64,000 bases of DNA, from contig NC_058368.1 in assembly GCF_018350175.1 (NCBI RefSeq), positions 156,986,001 to 157,050,000 on the forward strand. The letters are read 5' to 3'. The DNA is from Felis catus. Its lineage: Eukaryota. Position numbers and translations under genes: made by a program. Positions 12,999 through 24,808 of this stretch are shown in pieces (position 1 is the first letter of the stretch; each line of letters starts with the position of its first letter). Under the pieces are notes generated by a model. The model ran no database searches and was not told where the DNA came from. It worked only from the letters and a program-made list of their open reading frames with translations.

Positions 12999-13410
12999 TG
13001 TAGACAGAATAATGGCCTCCAGCAAAGATGCTCATGTCCCTTCCCCCAGATCTGGGAATATGTGACCTTAGGTGGAAAAAGGAACTTTGCAGATATGATT
13101 AAGGTAAGGCTTGATATTGGGAGATTATCCTGGATTATCCAAGTGAGCCCAAAGGTCGGGATCAAAGGCAAAGATGCGAACAACAGAGGTAGAGAGATGG
13201 AGCGATGGATGAGCTTTAAAGATGGAAGAAGGAGCATAAAGTCAAACAATACAGGTGCCTTCTAAAAGCTGGAAATCCTCCCCTGGATCCTCCAGAAGAA
13301 GCACAGCTCTGCAGAAACCTTGAATCCCGTCCCACAAGACTCATTTTGGATGTCGGACCCCAAAACTGTAAGACAATAAATATGTGGCTTTCCCAGGGGC
13401 TGCCAACAAT
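12999..13410 (+). mobile_element. MaLR LTR (MLT1C/D-like)
   Basis: 'agacagaataatggcctcc...atatgtgaccttaggtggaaaaaggaactttgcagatatgattaagg...gggagattatcctggattatcc'. Confidence 0.85.
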
Positions 13411-13883
13411 GATTGGTGGGGGCGGGGGGTGGGGAGGAGAGGTGCAAGGCCTAGTGCTCAGTGGCCAATGACGTCTCCTGGCCACCTGCAGACATCATAA
13501 CCAAGGAGGCACTGTTGGGCTGGAAGGTGGTATTCCTGCACTAAGAGGGCATCAACATTTCTGGCAATTTCTACAGAAACAAGGGCAGACCATTTGAGGT
13601 GTGCTATCCCACAAGACCAATGGAAGCCAAGGCTGCCCTGGACCACCTCTAGGAGTTTGATGAGATCCTATCACCTCATGACAAGTAAAAGTGGACAGTA
13701 GGTTCTGCTGCTCTTGAGGTTGTGTCTCTGAAGCCTATGTGAAAGTGTGCCTACCTATATGGGGCCACAAAGTTGGCTGGACATATCAGGTGGTGATAGC
13801 CACACTAAAAGAGGAAGGAGAAAGCCAAGATTCATTACTGGGAGGAAAAAACTCAGCTCATGAGCCTAGAGAAACAGGACAAA

Positions 13884-13889
13884 ACACAC

Positions 13890-13922
<33 letters not shown>
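13884..13922 (+). repeat. (CA)n microsatellite
   Basis: Near-perfect CA run directly 5' of a SINE. Confidence 0.95.
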
Positions 13923-14049
13923 GGGAGCACCTGGGTGGCTCAGTCAGTTAAGCACCCAACTCTCGATTTCGCCTTGGGTTGTGATCTCACAGTTTATGAG
14001 TTTTAGTCCCAAGTCAGGCTGTGTGCTGACAGTGCAGAGCCTGCTTGGG

Positions 14050-14138
<89 letters not shown>

Positions 14139-14203
14139 CTCTCTACTCCTCCCCTGCCCTCACACACTCTATCAAAATAAACAAATAAACTTAAAAAAAA
14201 AAA
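13923..14203 (+). mobile_element. Can-SINE with expanded (CT)n linker
   Basis: SINE head; about 80 bp (CT)n at 14053-14132; A tail. Confidence 0.95.
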
Positions 14204-14445
14204 CATGAAGAAGAAAATTGATAAATACATGGAGGTATTTATCAAGACTCATGGACTCTTGGCCTGAGCACAATAAAGACTGTTTATTCCCCATGCTTGG
14301 CCTGGCTTGCCCTTTCTCCATCACTTCCCTGGATGTGGGTGGATCCAGAGGCAGCCATCCAGGTGCAAGACAGCTTGGGGCCTAGAAAGCTAGAACACAG
14401 AAGCCGCTTTGGTCACCACTCCTATTTTAAAAAGAACTGTTTTCT

Positions 14446-14648
14446 GGGGCACCTGGGTGGCTCAGTCAGTTAAGTGTCTGACTTTGGCTCAGGTCATGAT
14501 CTCACAGCTCATGCATTCGAGCACCACATCGGGGTCTGTGCTGACAGCTCAGAGTCTGGAGCCAGCTTCTAATTCTGTGTCTCGTTCTCTCTCCTTGCCC
14601 CTCCCCGGCTTGCACTCTGTCTCTCTCTCAAAAAACAAAAAGTAAAAA
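14446..14648 (+). mobile_element. Can-SINE (SINEC_Fc-type)
   Basis: Full-length; near-TSD aaaaagaactgttttct/aaaaagaatgtcttct. Confidence 0.95.
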
Positions 14649-15169
14649 GAATGTCTTCTAAAAATATGTTTTAAACAGCTCTAACAGTTACGTAACAAAA
14701 TTTGTCTATAATTTACGAGTTCCTAGAGAATTTTAGAAAATTGACAGTAGGGACAACCAGTTACATATTTCTTTCGATATTTGTACAAGTAAGCTGGAAA
14801 ACTAATCAGAACAAGGCATCATGAATGAGGCATCTGTTTAAATTTGCTGCGTGTCGCGTACTATACCCTGTAGCCATCAGCATCAGAGTGCTAGTGGGGC
14901 AGTGTGAGCCTGGGCTTGCACAAAGGCATTCATAGTTGCAGACCTGGAAGATGTGCAACCCACATTACAGGCATTGCCCCTGCCGCTTTTCTGTATTTTG
15001 TGATCAGAAATGAATACATTATTTCAAAATAAATATACATTGTGTTATGTTAAGCCACCTAAGTTTGTATTCATAAGTCCCAGTGGCAGTAGAAAACTGC
15101 TACAGTTTGCAACCTCCCATGAGTCTTCAAACTCTCAGAAATTCTAGGGGAGAGACTTCAAAGACGACT

Positions 15170-15598
15170 GTTTTCAGTTCCTCCCTTCCCTGCCTGCGCA
15201 CGCCGCACGTTACTTCAACAGGTGCCATCTATTTGCCTTCCTCTTAAATCTGGGCTGGCTTCATCACTTGCTTTGACCAATAGAGCCAGATAGAAGTGAC
15301 TCTGTGCCAGCTGCTTTCAGCAGCTTCTTGCTTCCCCCCTCTGGGTGACCAGCCACCATGGAGGAAGTCTGACCGTCCTGAGACCATTATGCAGTGGGGA
15401 AGCCCAAGCTGTTCCAAGCATCCCAGCTGAGACACGACATGTGAGTGCAGAAACCATCCTGGATAGTGCAGCTGACACCACGGGAAGAACTGCCCACCTA
15501 TGCCTAGCCCAGATTTCAGAATCATAAATAATAAATGGCTGTTTAGTAAGCCACTAAGTTTTGGGTTGTTCGTTACCAAGCAATAACTAACTGAAACA
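15170..15598 (+). mobile_element. MaLR LTR (MLT1F/G/H-like)
   Basis: 'cttgctttgaccaatagag...agaagtgactctgtgccag' and 3' end 'taagccactaagttttgggttgttcgttaccaagcaataactaactgaaaca'. Confidence 0.8.
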
Positions 15599-16423
15599 AA
15601 AATAATTTCCGCTTGCCATTAGTCAACTTCTTCCCCCTTTCCTTTACCTATCCCTCTCTACAGATGATCTTCCCCTTTATTTCAAAGAAATTCTGGTCCT
15701 TCCAGCATATTTTCCCTATTTTCAACCCTAATCTCCCCTACCCTATCTGTAGCCATATCAATCTTCTGGTCTTTCTTAGAATTACCCTTCTGCTTTAAGC
15801 CCTTCCTGCATCTCTAAGTTTCAAACTTTCTGCATACTCCGTCACTGTCAGTCTCCACTGGCTCCTTTCTTCAGGTGGTACACACACCCAGGCTGACCCC
15901 AATCCCTTTAATTATAGCTTCAAGTGGTTACCCTATCTCCTTTTTCGGTTTGATCTTTCTGAAAAGAGTCTGCACATGTCATGTCCACGTTCAATGTTCA
16001 GCCAGCCAGGTAGTGAGCTAAACCAGCTGAAGGACCTAAAAGGGTTTATTGGAAAACAAAATGTACCTGGGAGTGGGGCAGGAGGTCTATTATTTAAACA
16101 GAATCTAGATGCCAAGACCACTAAGGGTAGATGGGTTGGTGGCAAGTAGTGGCAGAGTCAGAAAGAGGACAAGTCTGTGGGGTTAAATGCACCGTGCAGG
16201 CTGGGTGCAAGTCCCAGGGAAGACGTAGGGAGGGGACTCTGTCCAGCCAAACCAGGAGAAGGCCGAGGGTTGGAGCCTCTATTATCCAGCTGTGCATGGT
16301 TGCTCTTGCTGGGGGGGGACAACCAGGCCCCTCCCTTACAGATGAACTTGCCTGCCCAGACTTTTCTGTTCAGTGGTGAGGGCTCCAACCCTATACTTAA
16401 TGGACGATACTCAGAAAATAATT

Positions 16424-16641
16424 GGGGTGCCCCAGTAGCTCAGTAGGTTAAGCATCTGACTCTTGATTTTGGTTCAGGTCATGGTCTCACAGTCTGTGAG
16501 ATCGAGCCCCGTGTTGGGCTCTATGCTGGCAGCACAGAGCCTGCTTAGGATTTTCTCTCCCTCTCCCTCTCTCTCTCTGCCCCTCCCCCACTTGTTTTCT
16601 CTCTGTTTCAAAATAAATAAACATTAAATTTTTTTTAAAAA
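16424..16641 (+). mobile_element. Can-SINE (SINEC)
   Basis: Head, CT linker and tail; near-TSD agaaaataatt/agaaaacagtt. Confidence 0.94.
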
Positions 16642-16944
16642 AGAAAACAGTTAACACTTAGATGCCTACAATAAATCAACATTTCTTTTTTTTTTTTTAA
16701 CAAATCAACATTTCTAAATAAAGTAACATTGAGGTGAAATAACCAAATTAATTCTTTCAAATTATTTTTTCCCTGAAGATATATTCCCTTTGGACTATAT
16801 ATAACTAAAAATCTGCAAACCTACTTTCCAAAAATAATAAATGCCAACACTTTCGCATTCCACTAGGAGGGTGAAACTGTTAAGAGCATGCTCTCGGGAA
16901 TCAGACTGTGATATACAGAAGAGTACACGCACACCCACAGACAT

Positions 16945-17427
16945 ACATCAAAACAAAAGTCTGCATCTTAATGCTGGAAACTGTGACGATCTTATCTTAC
17001 GTAGCAAGGGGAAATTAAAGTTGCAGATAGAATTGAGATTGCTAATTGGATGGCCTTAAAATGGGGAGAGTATCCTGGTTTATGCAGGGAAGCAATGTTA
17101 TCAAAGGCTGTTAAAGTATCTGAGAGAAGCAAAGGAGCAGGGGAGAGTGACGCAGTGTGACGACTCAACACCTTTACTGGCTTTGAAGTTGGAGAAAGGT
17201 GGCCAGGAGCCAAGGAAGGCAGGAAGCCTCTAGAAGCTGGAGAAGGCACAGGAAACATTCTCCCCTAGATCCTCTAGAAAGGAGCTCAGCCCCACTGACA
17301 CCTTCATTTTAGTCCAGTGAGACCTTCATCAGACTCGTGACCTATAGAAATGTAAGGTAATAAACTTGTGCCGTTTAAGCTGCTAAATTTGTGACAATTT
17401 GTGAATGGCAGCAGTAGAAAATTAATA
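16945..17427 (+). mobile_element. MaLR LTR (MLT1D-like)
   Basis: 'ttgcagatagaattgagattgctaat...agcctctagaagctggagaaggca...ttctcccctag...taataaacttgtgccgtttaagctgctaaatttgtg...gcagcagtagaaaattaata'. Confidence 0.85.
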
Positions 17428-17434
17428 GTGACTA

Positions 17435-17630
17435 CATGATTCACATCCTGTCATTTACCGCCTGTGGACTTAAGGAACATTACTTAATTTTTCTATTCCT
17501 GTTTATCTGAAAATAAGACTAATAATACTATCTGCTTGAGGATGAAATGAGATGAGATAATATATAAACTATTTTGAATAATGACAGACACACAGTAAGT
17601 GCTCAATGTTAAATGTGGCTATTGTTATTT
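17435..17630 (+). mobile_element. MIR
   Basis: 'atctgaaaataagactaataatacta...gaggatgaaatgagat...cacagtaagtgctcaat'. Confidence 0.7.
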
Positions 17631-18815
17631 CATTGTTGCTTTGAATTTACCCTTCTCTTTGATTTTTATCCCAAGATTTTACCCAAGAACCATACTTCAA
17701 ATACCTTTATCCTATATCCACTTAAACAGCACAAGACAAATACCTACTAAAAGATTAATACCCTCGAAGTTATGAATTGCCTGAAAACCTTCTTAGAGTG
17801 TTTTGTTTCTAGCTTTGAACATGTAACTCATCTTGCTTGTTCCTAACTTGCTGGAACAAGCCGTGGGAACACCATTTTTTAAAAAGAACTTTGCTACTTC
17901 TTGAGGACTTAATTACAGAGCTGCTGGTTGATGAGTCTGCATTTTAAACCAAGACCTTGAAATAAACACAGTCATTTCAGCTCTTGATAAAACCCAGTGA
18001 AAGTGCATTCACTGATTAGCCTGTCGCCCTAGGACTCCACCATGACAATGGGATAAAATTAGCCACACTTGCCAAAGACCTGATACCCATTACAGATTTC
18101 GGCAGTTTCTGAACTCTTAATTCTTTCTGAAGTATACTGCATTTGATATATTTAGTGTGTTTACAGGATATCTAGGCATTTTATTTGAAAAGTGTAATAA
18201 GTGTTTGCAATATGTGACTTAAATAATTTATGTTTTCACAAGACAGAAGTTTTTTTACACACCTAAAACATAAAGTCCTTTTATTTTTACTAAGTCCTGG
18301 GATCCACTAAGAGGTCACAATCCTATACAACATCCTTCTTCATGCCTACAAATCATGAAAAAGATCTGGCCTTGCATTGGTCTGAAGAGTCCCACGCTCC
18401 TACTCTTTATGGTTAACAACAGGAGACCCTTTTATTACGATTGACAAAAATATATATAAAAAATATCAAATAACATTGTTCGGACAAAGATGTGATGTAC
18501 CATACCTTTGGTAATTTCAATGGCTGGTGAAAGAGAATGGATTGAGCTTCCTTGTTTGCCATTAATTCATTCTTTCAACAAGTGTTTATTATGTTTATAC
18601 AATGTCTCAGGAATTATGAAACTCTCTCAAAAGCTAAATCATGTATTGTTTAGGAATATACATATACATGTGATTAAATGGATTTTAAAACCCACAAAAT
18701 TCAGAATAGTACCGCCTCCAGGGGAGATAAAGAGATGGGAAGGGTGAGGAATATACAGGTAGTCCCCAAGGGTATGGGTGTGCTGGAGTTCTGGAATAGG
18801 TGGTGGGTCCTCAGG

Positions 18816-18943
18816 TGTGTGTATATACATATATATATATGTATATATATGTGTATATATATGTGTATATATATATATATACATATGTATATATATATAT
18901 ACATATATATATATATACACACACATACATATATATATATATA
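18816..18943 (+). repeat. Compound (TA)/(TG)/(CA) microsatellite
   Basis: Alternating purine-pyrimidine run of about 128 bp; source of several spurious YI/YI ORFs. Confidence 0.95.
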
Positions 18944-19679
18944 TGCTTTACTTATGTTCTTTTGCTGTATCAAATACTCATTTTTAAAAAGAATAACCAA
19001 TTCTTATTTTAAGGAGCTTATAGTCTTGTATAGTCTCCAGAGCTTGACTGTTTCTCATATCTTACACCATAACCATAGCCTCTCTCAACCCCGCCACCCC
19101 ATATTTAAAAGTCTGTCACCATTTTTTAGGGGGAAAAAAAACTACAAGAACCCACATTTTAAAAACCCTAAATTAAAAAGCATCATAAATTCATATGTGC
19201 TTCCCTATCCTGAGTTCAAAGGCCCCAAATCATCACTGTCTAATGAGAAAAGCAATAATGCATTTTTTTGTTTCTTACCTGTTTCCTGCTACTGGAGCTC
19301 AAGGCAGGGTCAGCCCCTGACATACCTTGTGTTTAACATAGTGTTAAATAGTTGAAAGACAGGTTTGTACACCAAGTTCTACCCTTAGCTCAGGGTGTGA
19401 ACTTATGTAAGTAATTAAATATTCTGTGGGTTTTTAAAAAACTTTATCGCTGTCAAAATGCCCATATATATAACCTATCTCCCTGGGTCTATCAAATATA
19501 ATTACAAATATGAAAGCATTTTGAAAAGTTAAGTGGTTTATTGAAGTTGAATACTATTATAAGTATTCTTATTACAAATATATGAATTTAATAAACATTT
19601 ATAAAGAAATGTGTTGCCTGTAATTCAACACAAATAAAAAGATAAAAAGAGCATAGTGGGGCCAAAAGAAGGTAGATTT

Positions 19680-20075
19680 ACAATCAGAGAAGCTTTGGTT
19701 CAAACCGTGGCTGTGTTTATTATTAGCTGTGTCATCTTTATCAAGTACATTTATTCTTTTGAACCTCTATTTCTCCACCTGTAAAGTGGGATAATAACAC
19801 TAGCCTTATGGGGGGGGGGGCACCTTGGTGGCTCAGCCAGTTAAGCATCTGAGTCTTGAATTCAGCTCAGGTCATGATCTCATGGTTCCTGAGACCGAGC
19901 ACCAAGTTCGGCTCTGCATGGACAGCACGAGCCTGCTTGGGATTCTCTGTCTCCCTCTCTCTCTGCCCCTCCCCTTCTTGTGCTCACTCCTCTCTCTCAA
20001 AATAAATAAATAAACTTAAAAAAAATAATAGCCTTAAGGGATTGTTGAAAAGATTATCTAAAATATAACAGTAAA
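19680..20075 (+). mobile_element. MIR interrupted by a Can-SINE
   Basis: 'tttgaacctctatttctccacctgtaaagtgggataataacac' resumes after the SINE as 'aagggattgttgaaaagatt'. Confidence 0.7.
19817..20025 (+). mobile_element. Can-SINE (SINEC)
   Basis: Head preceded by a G run; TSD tagcctta (19801-19808 / 20029-20036). Confidence 0.94.
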
Positions 20076-20089
20076 TCCTACTACTCATC

Positions 20090-20620
20090 CAGTGGAAACG
20101 GAAACTGGTACAGCATCTGAAGAGAGATACATGGCAACATCCACCTCATCAAGTTGACATAGCCTTTGAACAAGCACTCCTAATTCAACAAGCCTATCTC
20201 ACAGTCTCACACAACTATGAAATGACAATACATGCAGGGGCGCTTATTATAGGATTATAACAGAGGTCTAGGAATCATCTAAATACACAAGAATAAAACC
20301 CATCCATACAATAGGAACTTATAAAACTATTAAAAAACCTGAGGAAGTTCTTTGTATATTTATATGGAATGACCGTCAGGAGAACTTGCTCAGGGAAAAC
20401 CAAGTCACAAAGGGAAAAGTAGGTAATATACCACAATCTGTGCTTTTTTTAAAAAAATAGAAAAAATATAAGCTTAGTATGCATGAAATATTTCTCTGAG
20501 GACACACAAGGATGGTATCACTTTGAGGAGGGAGGAGAGAGGTTGGAGGCACCCTGTGTACCCTTCTTGACCTTTCAAATTTGGAACCAACAAGTTTACC
20601 ACCTATATGATAAAGTTGAA
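20090..20620 (+). mobile_element. Old L1 (L1M) 3' fragment, highly degraded
   Basis: 'aaactggtacagc...atagcctttgaacaagcactcc...atccatacaataggaac' pattern of L1 ORF2 end/3'UTR. Confidence 0.5.
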
Positions 20621-22911
20621 TGGATATATGGATGGATGGATGGATGAATCACAATATCTGGCATAAAGTAAGTGCTCAAAAACTCTTAGCTTTCACTCCC
20701 CACTCCTCTCCACCTAAATTATTTTAAAACTAAATGTATAAATTTTAACCCTTTACTAATTTTCCCTCCAATAATTGCACATATTCAATTATTTAAATAA
20801 AACAGTAAATCTGTCAGTTTAAAAAAATCCATATTTGCCTATGGCATCAGTTGCAGAAAATGAAATAGAACTCTATCTTTCGGCAGATTCTGACTCTTTG
20901 GCAAAAAGAAAAAAAGCAAAACAAAAGCCCATTTCAAACCCAACGCAAACTCAAGGACATTGGCAATGAGAGAACAAGCTCAAACATCTCTGTACCTCCC
21001 TCCCCAAAGGGAACAAGATGAACTCTCTTCCTGCAGCGCCTGAGCCACGTCATCATGTGAATTCAGCCTCCTTTCCCACCTGACCTTTACAGCCACTTTC
21101 CAGCAGCAGAATGAAATTTCCTGATTGAAGCGCCAATGAAGAAGGAAATGTTCCAGGAAAGGGAAGAGGCCAACAGAGCTACAAACTCAATAACGCAAGT
21201 AGTTGGGAGGACAGACAAAGTAATTTGACTTTATTAACTTTTCCATTCTTCTATGATTAAAGTGATCTCCCTTTACCTACAACCTACTATCCTTCTGCTC
21301 TCTATTTCTAGGACCATTTTTAGAATGCTTTTGGAGTCCTAAGATACTAAAACAGGCTGGAGTTCGGTTGGTATTTCCTATTTCAGTTCTCAGACTCCCT
21401 GCCTTTTCAGTACCTTCCCTTTCTTCTGACTTCATTTACTATATCCATCATGCTTTTGCAGCTCATTATGTGTTTAATCTTGAAAACATGCTTAAGGATA
21501 TAGAACTGTACATGATATAGGACACTGAAAAGGTAAATAATAACCCCAGACAAGAACGTTGAAAGTAAAACAGTGCATCCTGCCATAAAAGTCAAATGCA
21601 TGAGAACAGTAGATGCTATGGGCCCCTAAAGGAGGAAGTTGCTGTGGTCTTAGGGAACTGGAAAGGTTTTATGAAGGAAGAAATACTATTGGGCACCAGA
21701 GAACTTGGATAACGGAATGAAGAGGTGAGGACATCCCAGGTGGGAGAAACAGTGTGAGTGGAGGTATGGAGAATGGAAAACCTGAACCACATTAGGCCAG
21801 GAGTTGTCAGTTTGGGGCGGTATTTCCCAAAGTGTGTTTACGAAGAAGCACTTTGAAGATCAAAGGGAAAATGAATAATAATCAAGGAGACACAGATTTC
21901 CAAAAAAATGGGTTATTTTCCATATGAAGATAGATGTAGATGCCAAATTCTTAGACTTAGGCAGGCTCATTAATTTAAAATGAGAGTTTTGTTTTTCGTT
22001 TGGAGCATAAGAACAAATAAGATAAATTTGGGATAATTAAAAACTTGGTTTTTCCACTATCATAATATTTTTATATGCTATTAGTATCATTCCATCTGTG
22101 AGAAAAGACTAAAAATAAAGACATCCAGCAATTAGTATTATCAAGGCCACATAATTTCTTTCCTTCCTCAATCTAGTGCCCTCCCTCCTTAAGTTGGTGA
22201 TTCTTAGTATCATCAAATGTGCATTTACTTTACCCAGATTAGTACAAAGTTTCAGGCTTTCAGTACAAGTCCTTTCTAATTTAATATCTCTCCAAATCCT
22301 TTGAAAGACCTGTGCTGTCATTTTGGTTTTTGTTCTAATTATCCACGAATGCTGGATTTATGTTCCTATTTTTCAACAATCTAGCATAGTCTTATAAAAT
22401 GTAGCCCAGCATATAGCTCCAGAAATAGTCAGACAATGAAGAATTTTCAAACCTAGGGCAGATAAAAACTACAATATTACTCTCCATTCCATGATTTTTT
22501 TTTTCATCTCTGTTGTCATCAATTTGTCAAGAGTCCTTCAGTATGAATTCTCAACATAGCAGTAAATTTGTTTCTGTTCTTTCTATCCATACTCATGTCT
22601 CTGGGGCAAATGTGAAGGCCAACTTTTGCCTTTATTACTTCAAGGGTGGTTCTGCCCTGAATCACCATGTACCATTGTACTTTCATTTTTTTCCCTCAAC
22701 AAGAGGAAAAAAATCTATAGCCTCACATAGTTACTCGCTGTTTCTAAGGTATCATAACATGTGAGGTCAACTTCTGTTTTTGAAATACTGGAAATTTTGG
22801 AAACATTCACAATTATTAAGATGAAAAGCAAATGTATGGCTAAAATGTAGAGATTTTTTAAAAAGATATTTAATACTTTTAAAGTTTTGTCAAACATCAA
22901 GGGGTATCCAG

Positions 22912-23300
22912 TCGTTTATTCTTTTAACAAATATTTATTGATTCCTTGAATGTGCCAGTCAATATGGACTAGGAGCTGAGGACACAGCACTGAACCAAAT
23001 ACTAGCACTTGTCCTCATGGAAATTATATTCCAAAGAAGAAGCAGGTAATAAATACAAACAACACATGTCATATTGTAAGAAAAACTGACTCAAAAGGTA
23101 GAGAGTGCCTGAGGAGAACACAAGGAAGTTCTCTCTCAGGACATAGCATCTGAGCTGAGACTGGGGGATGAGAAAAAGACATTCATGTTATGGGGTTGGA
23201 TCAGGACAAACTTCCAGGCAGAAGGAACACAAATGCAAAAGCCTGGAGGCTGGAAAAAGTTCCTCAAAGTCAGGAGTTAGAAAGGAGGCCACTGGGGTTA
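22912..23300 (-). mobile_element. L2 LINE 3' end
   Basis: 'aacaaatatttattgattcc...tgtgccag...ttgtcctcatggaaattatattc...ttccaggcagaaggaacacaaatgcaaaagcctggag'. Confidence 0.8.
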
Positions 23301-24054
23301 GATTGCTATTTTCACTCATCTCTATAATCACACATATGCCCAGTTCAGAGACATTATTTCTTTTTTTCACTTAATGCACCATTTTAGTTTCATGTTAAGT
23401 AACTGACTTCTTCACTGTAATTATGACTGTGTTTTTCTTATGCATTTGGGTCTTTGGAATTCTCTGAATGAATCTGTCTTTAACAATAGAGAAGCCTTCT
23501 GAGAGCCAATATATTAAAAAGCATCAGCTACCATTCCAGTGGTCAGGAAGAGTTAATAGACCTCCCAAAATGTCCAGTTCACTGCCAAGAAATCCTGTAT
23601 ACCCTGAGAGAATCTGGCTGGGTATTTGCAGCCAGCTGGTATTGAAAACTAAAACCCATTGTGTAGAACTGGCCAGTATGTTTTAAATATAATACAACTA
23701 ATCTAGGTTTTAAACGCATACACACATTGAATTAGACTATGCTAATCTTTGCCTTTGAGTGCCCTGGTTTTAATCACATTTCAAACTAACAAAATGTCAT
23801 GTAAAAATGGAAGGAGCAGGGCTTGATTGTCCCTTTTGAGCTCAGCAGGATCCTGGTGTCTGCTCCATCTGCTTCCTGTAAGCACTGGGCCAATCAGAAA
23901 TCAGTCAGTCTGAAGATAACAAAATGCTGACTGCTTCCCCAGCCCTGCTCCAGTTCTCTGGCAAGTGGGAGAAGAGCTTCCTTGGCAAGGAATGGGGTAA
24001 TCATTGAGAGGATGGACTTTGATGCCTGGAAGACTTACGTACAAATTCTAGGCT

Positions 24055-24290
24055 ACCATTCACTGGCATTAAGACCTCAGTTCCTAGGTAACTGACCTGA
24101 CCTCTCCAAGCTTCACTTTTAGTAACTGTAAAAGAAGTATGATAACTATGCACTTGATTCATTGTGAGAATTAAGTATGAGACTGTGCCACACATTCTTA
24201 TGTGGCATAATAAAGTCTATGTAGCACACAAATACGTGGCGTAAACTATGTGGCACACAGTAGGTGTTCAACAGTGGCAGATATCATCTT
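24055..24290 (+). mobile_element. MIR
   Basis: 'ttgtgagaattaagtatgag...tggcacacagtaggtgttcaaca'. Confidence 0.6.
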
Positions 24291-24409
24291 TATTAGTCTT
24301 AATAAATTCCATTCTTCGGGTGAGTAGAGAAACACCTCCTAAGCAATTCCCAATCCATAGAGATGTGGCAGGTACTGAAGGCATATAAGATAAGCAACCT
24401 ACCAAGGCC

Positions 24410-24437
24410 ATCTTGTACCATCAAGATGGTACAAGAT
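24410..24437. repeat. Perfect 13-bp inverted repeat with 2-nt spacer
   Basis: atcttgtaccatc-aa-gatggtacaagat. Confidence 0.95.
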
Positions 24438-24503
24438 CCAATTTATTCCCCTTATCTATGTAGGGACCTCAGTAAGACCATTGACCTAGGGACCCTCACT
24501 CTT

Positions 24504-24808
24504 TTTTTTTTTTAATTTTTTTTAACGTTTATTTATTTTTGAGACAGAGAGAGACAGAGCATGAACGGGGGACGGTCAGAGAGAGGGAGACACAAAATCT
24601 GAAACAGGTTCCAGGCTCTGAGCTGTCAGCACAGAGCCCGACAGGGGGCTCGAACTCACGGACCGCGGGGCCCGAACTCACGGACCGTGGGGCTCGAACT
24701 CACGGACTCACGGACTCACGGACCCCGTGGGGCTCGAACTCACGGACCGCGAGATCATGACCTGAGCCGAACTCGGCCCCTTAACCAACTGAGCCACCCA
24801 GGCGCCCC
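24504..24808 (-). mobile_element. Young Can-SINE (SINEC_Fc) with internal 22-bp tandem amplification
   Basis: CpG-retaining copy; near-TSD gggaccctcactctt/gggaccctcattctt; ggggctcgaactcacggaccgc x4 at 24645-24750. Confidence 0.96.

Noticed and set aside
18678..19355. Longest ORF in the track (225 aa) and overlapping YIYI ORFs
   Set aside because: It runs through a TA/TG microsatellite that lacks stop codons; low-complexity translation with no protein features
24645..24750. CRISPR-like regularly repeated 22-mer
   Set aside because: No unique spacers, eukaryotic context, and the unit is part of the SINE consensus
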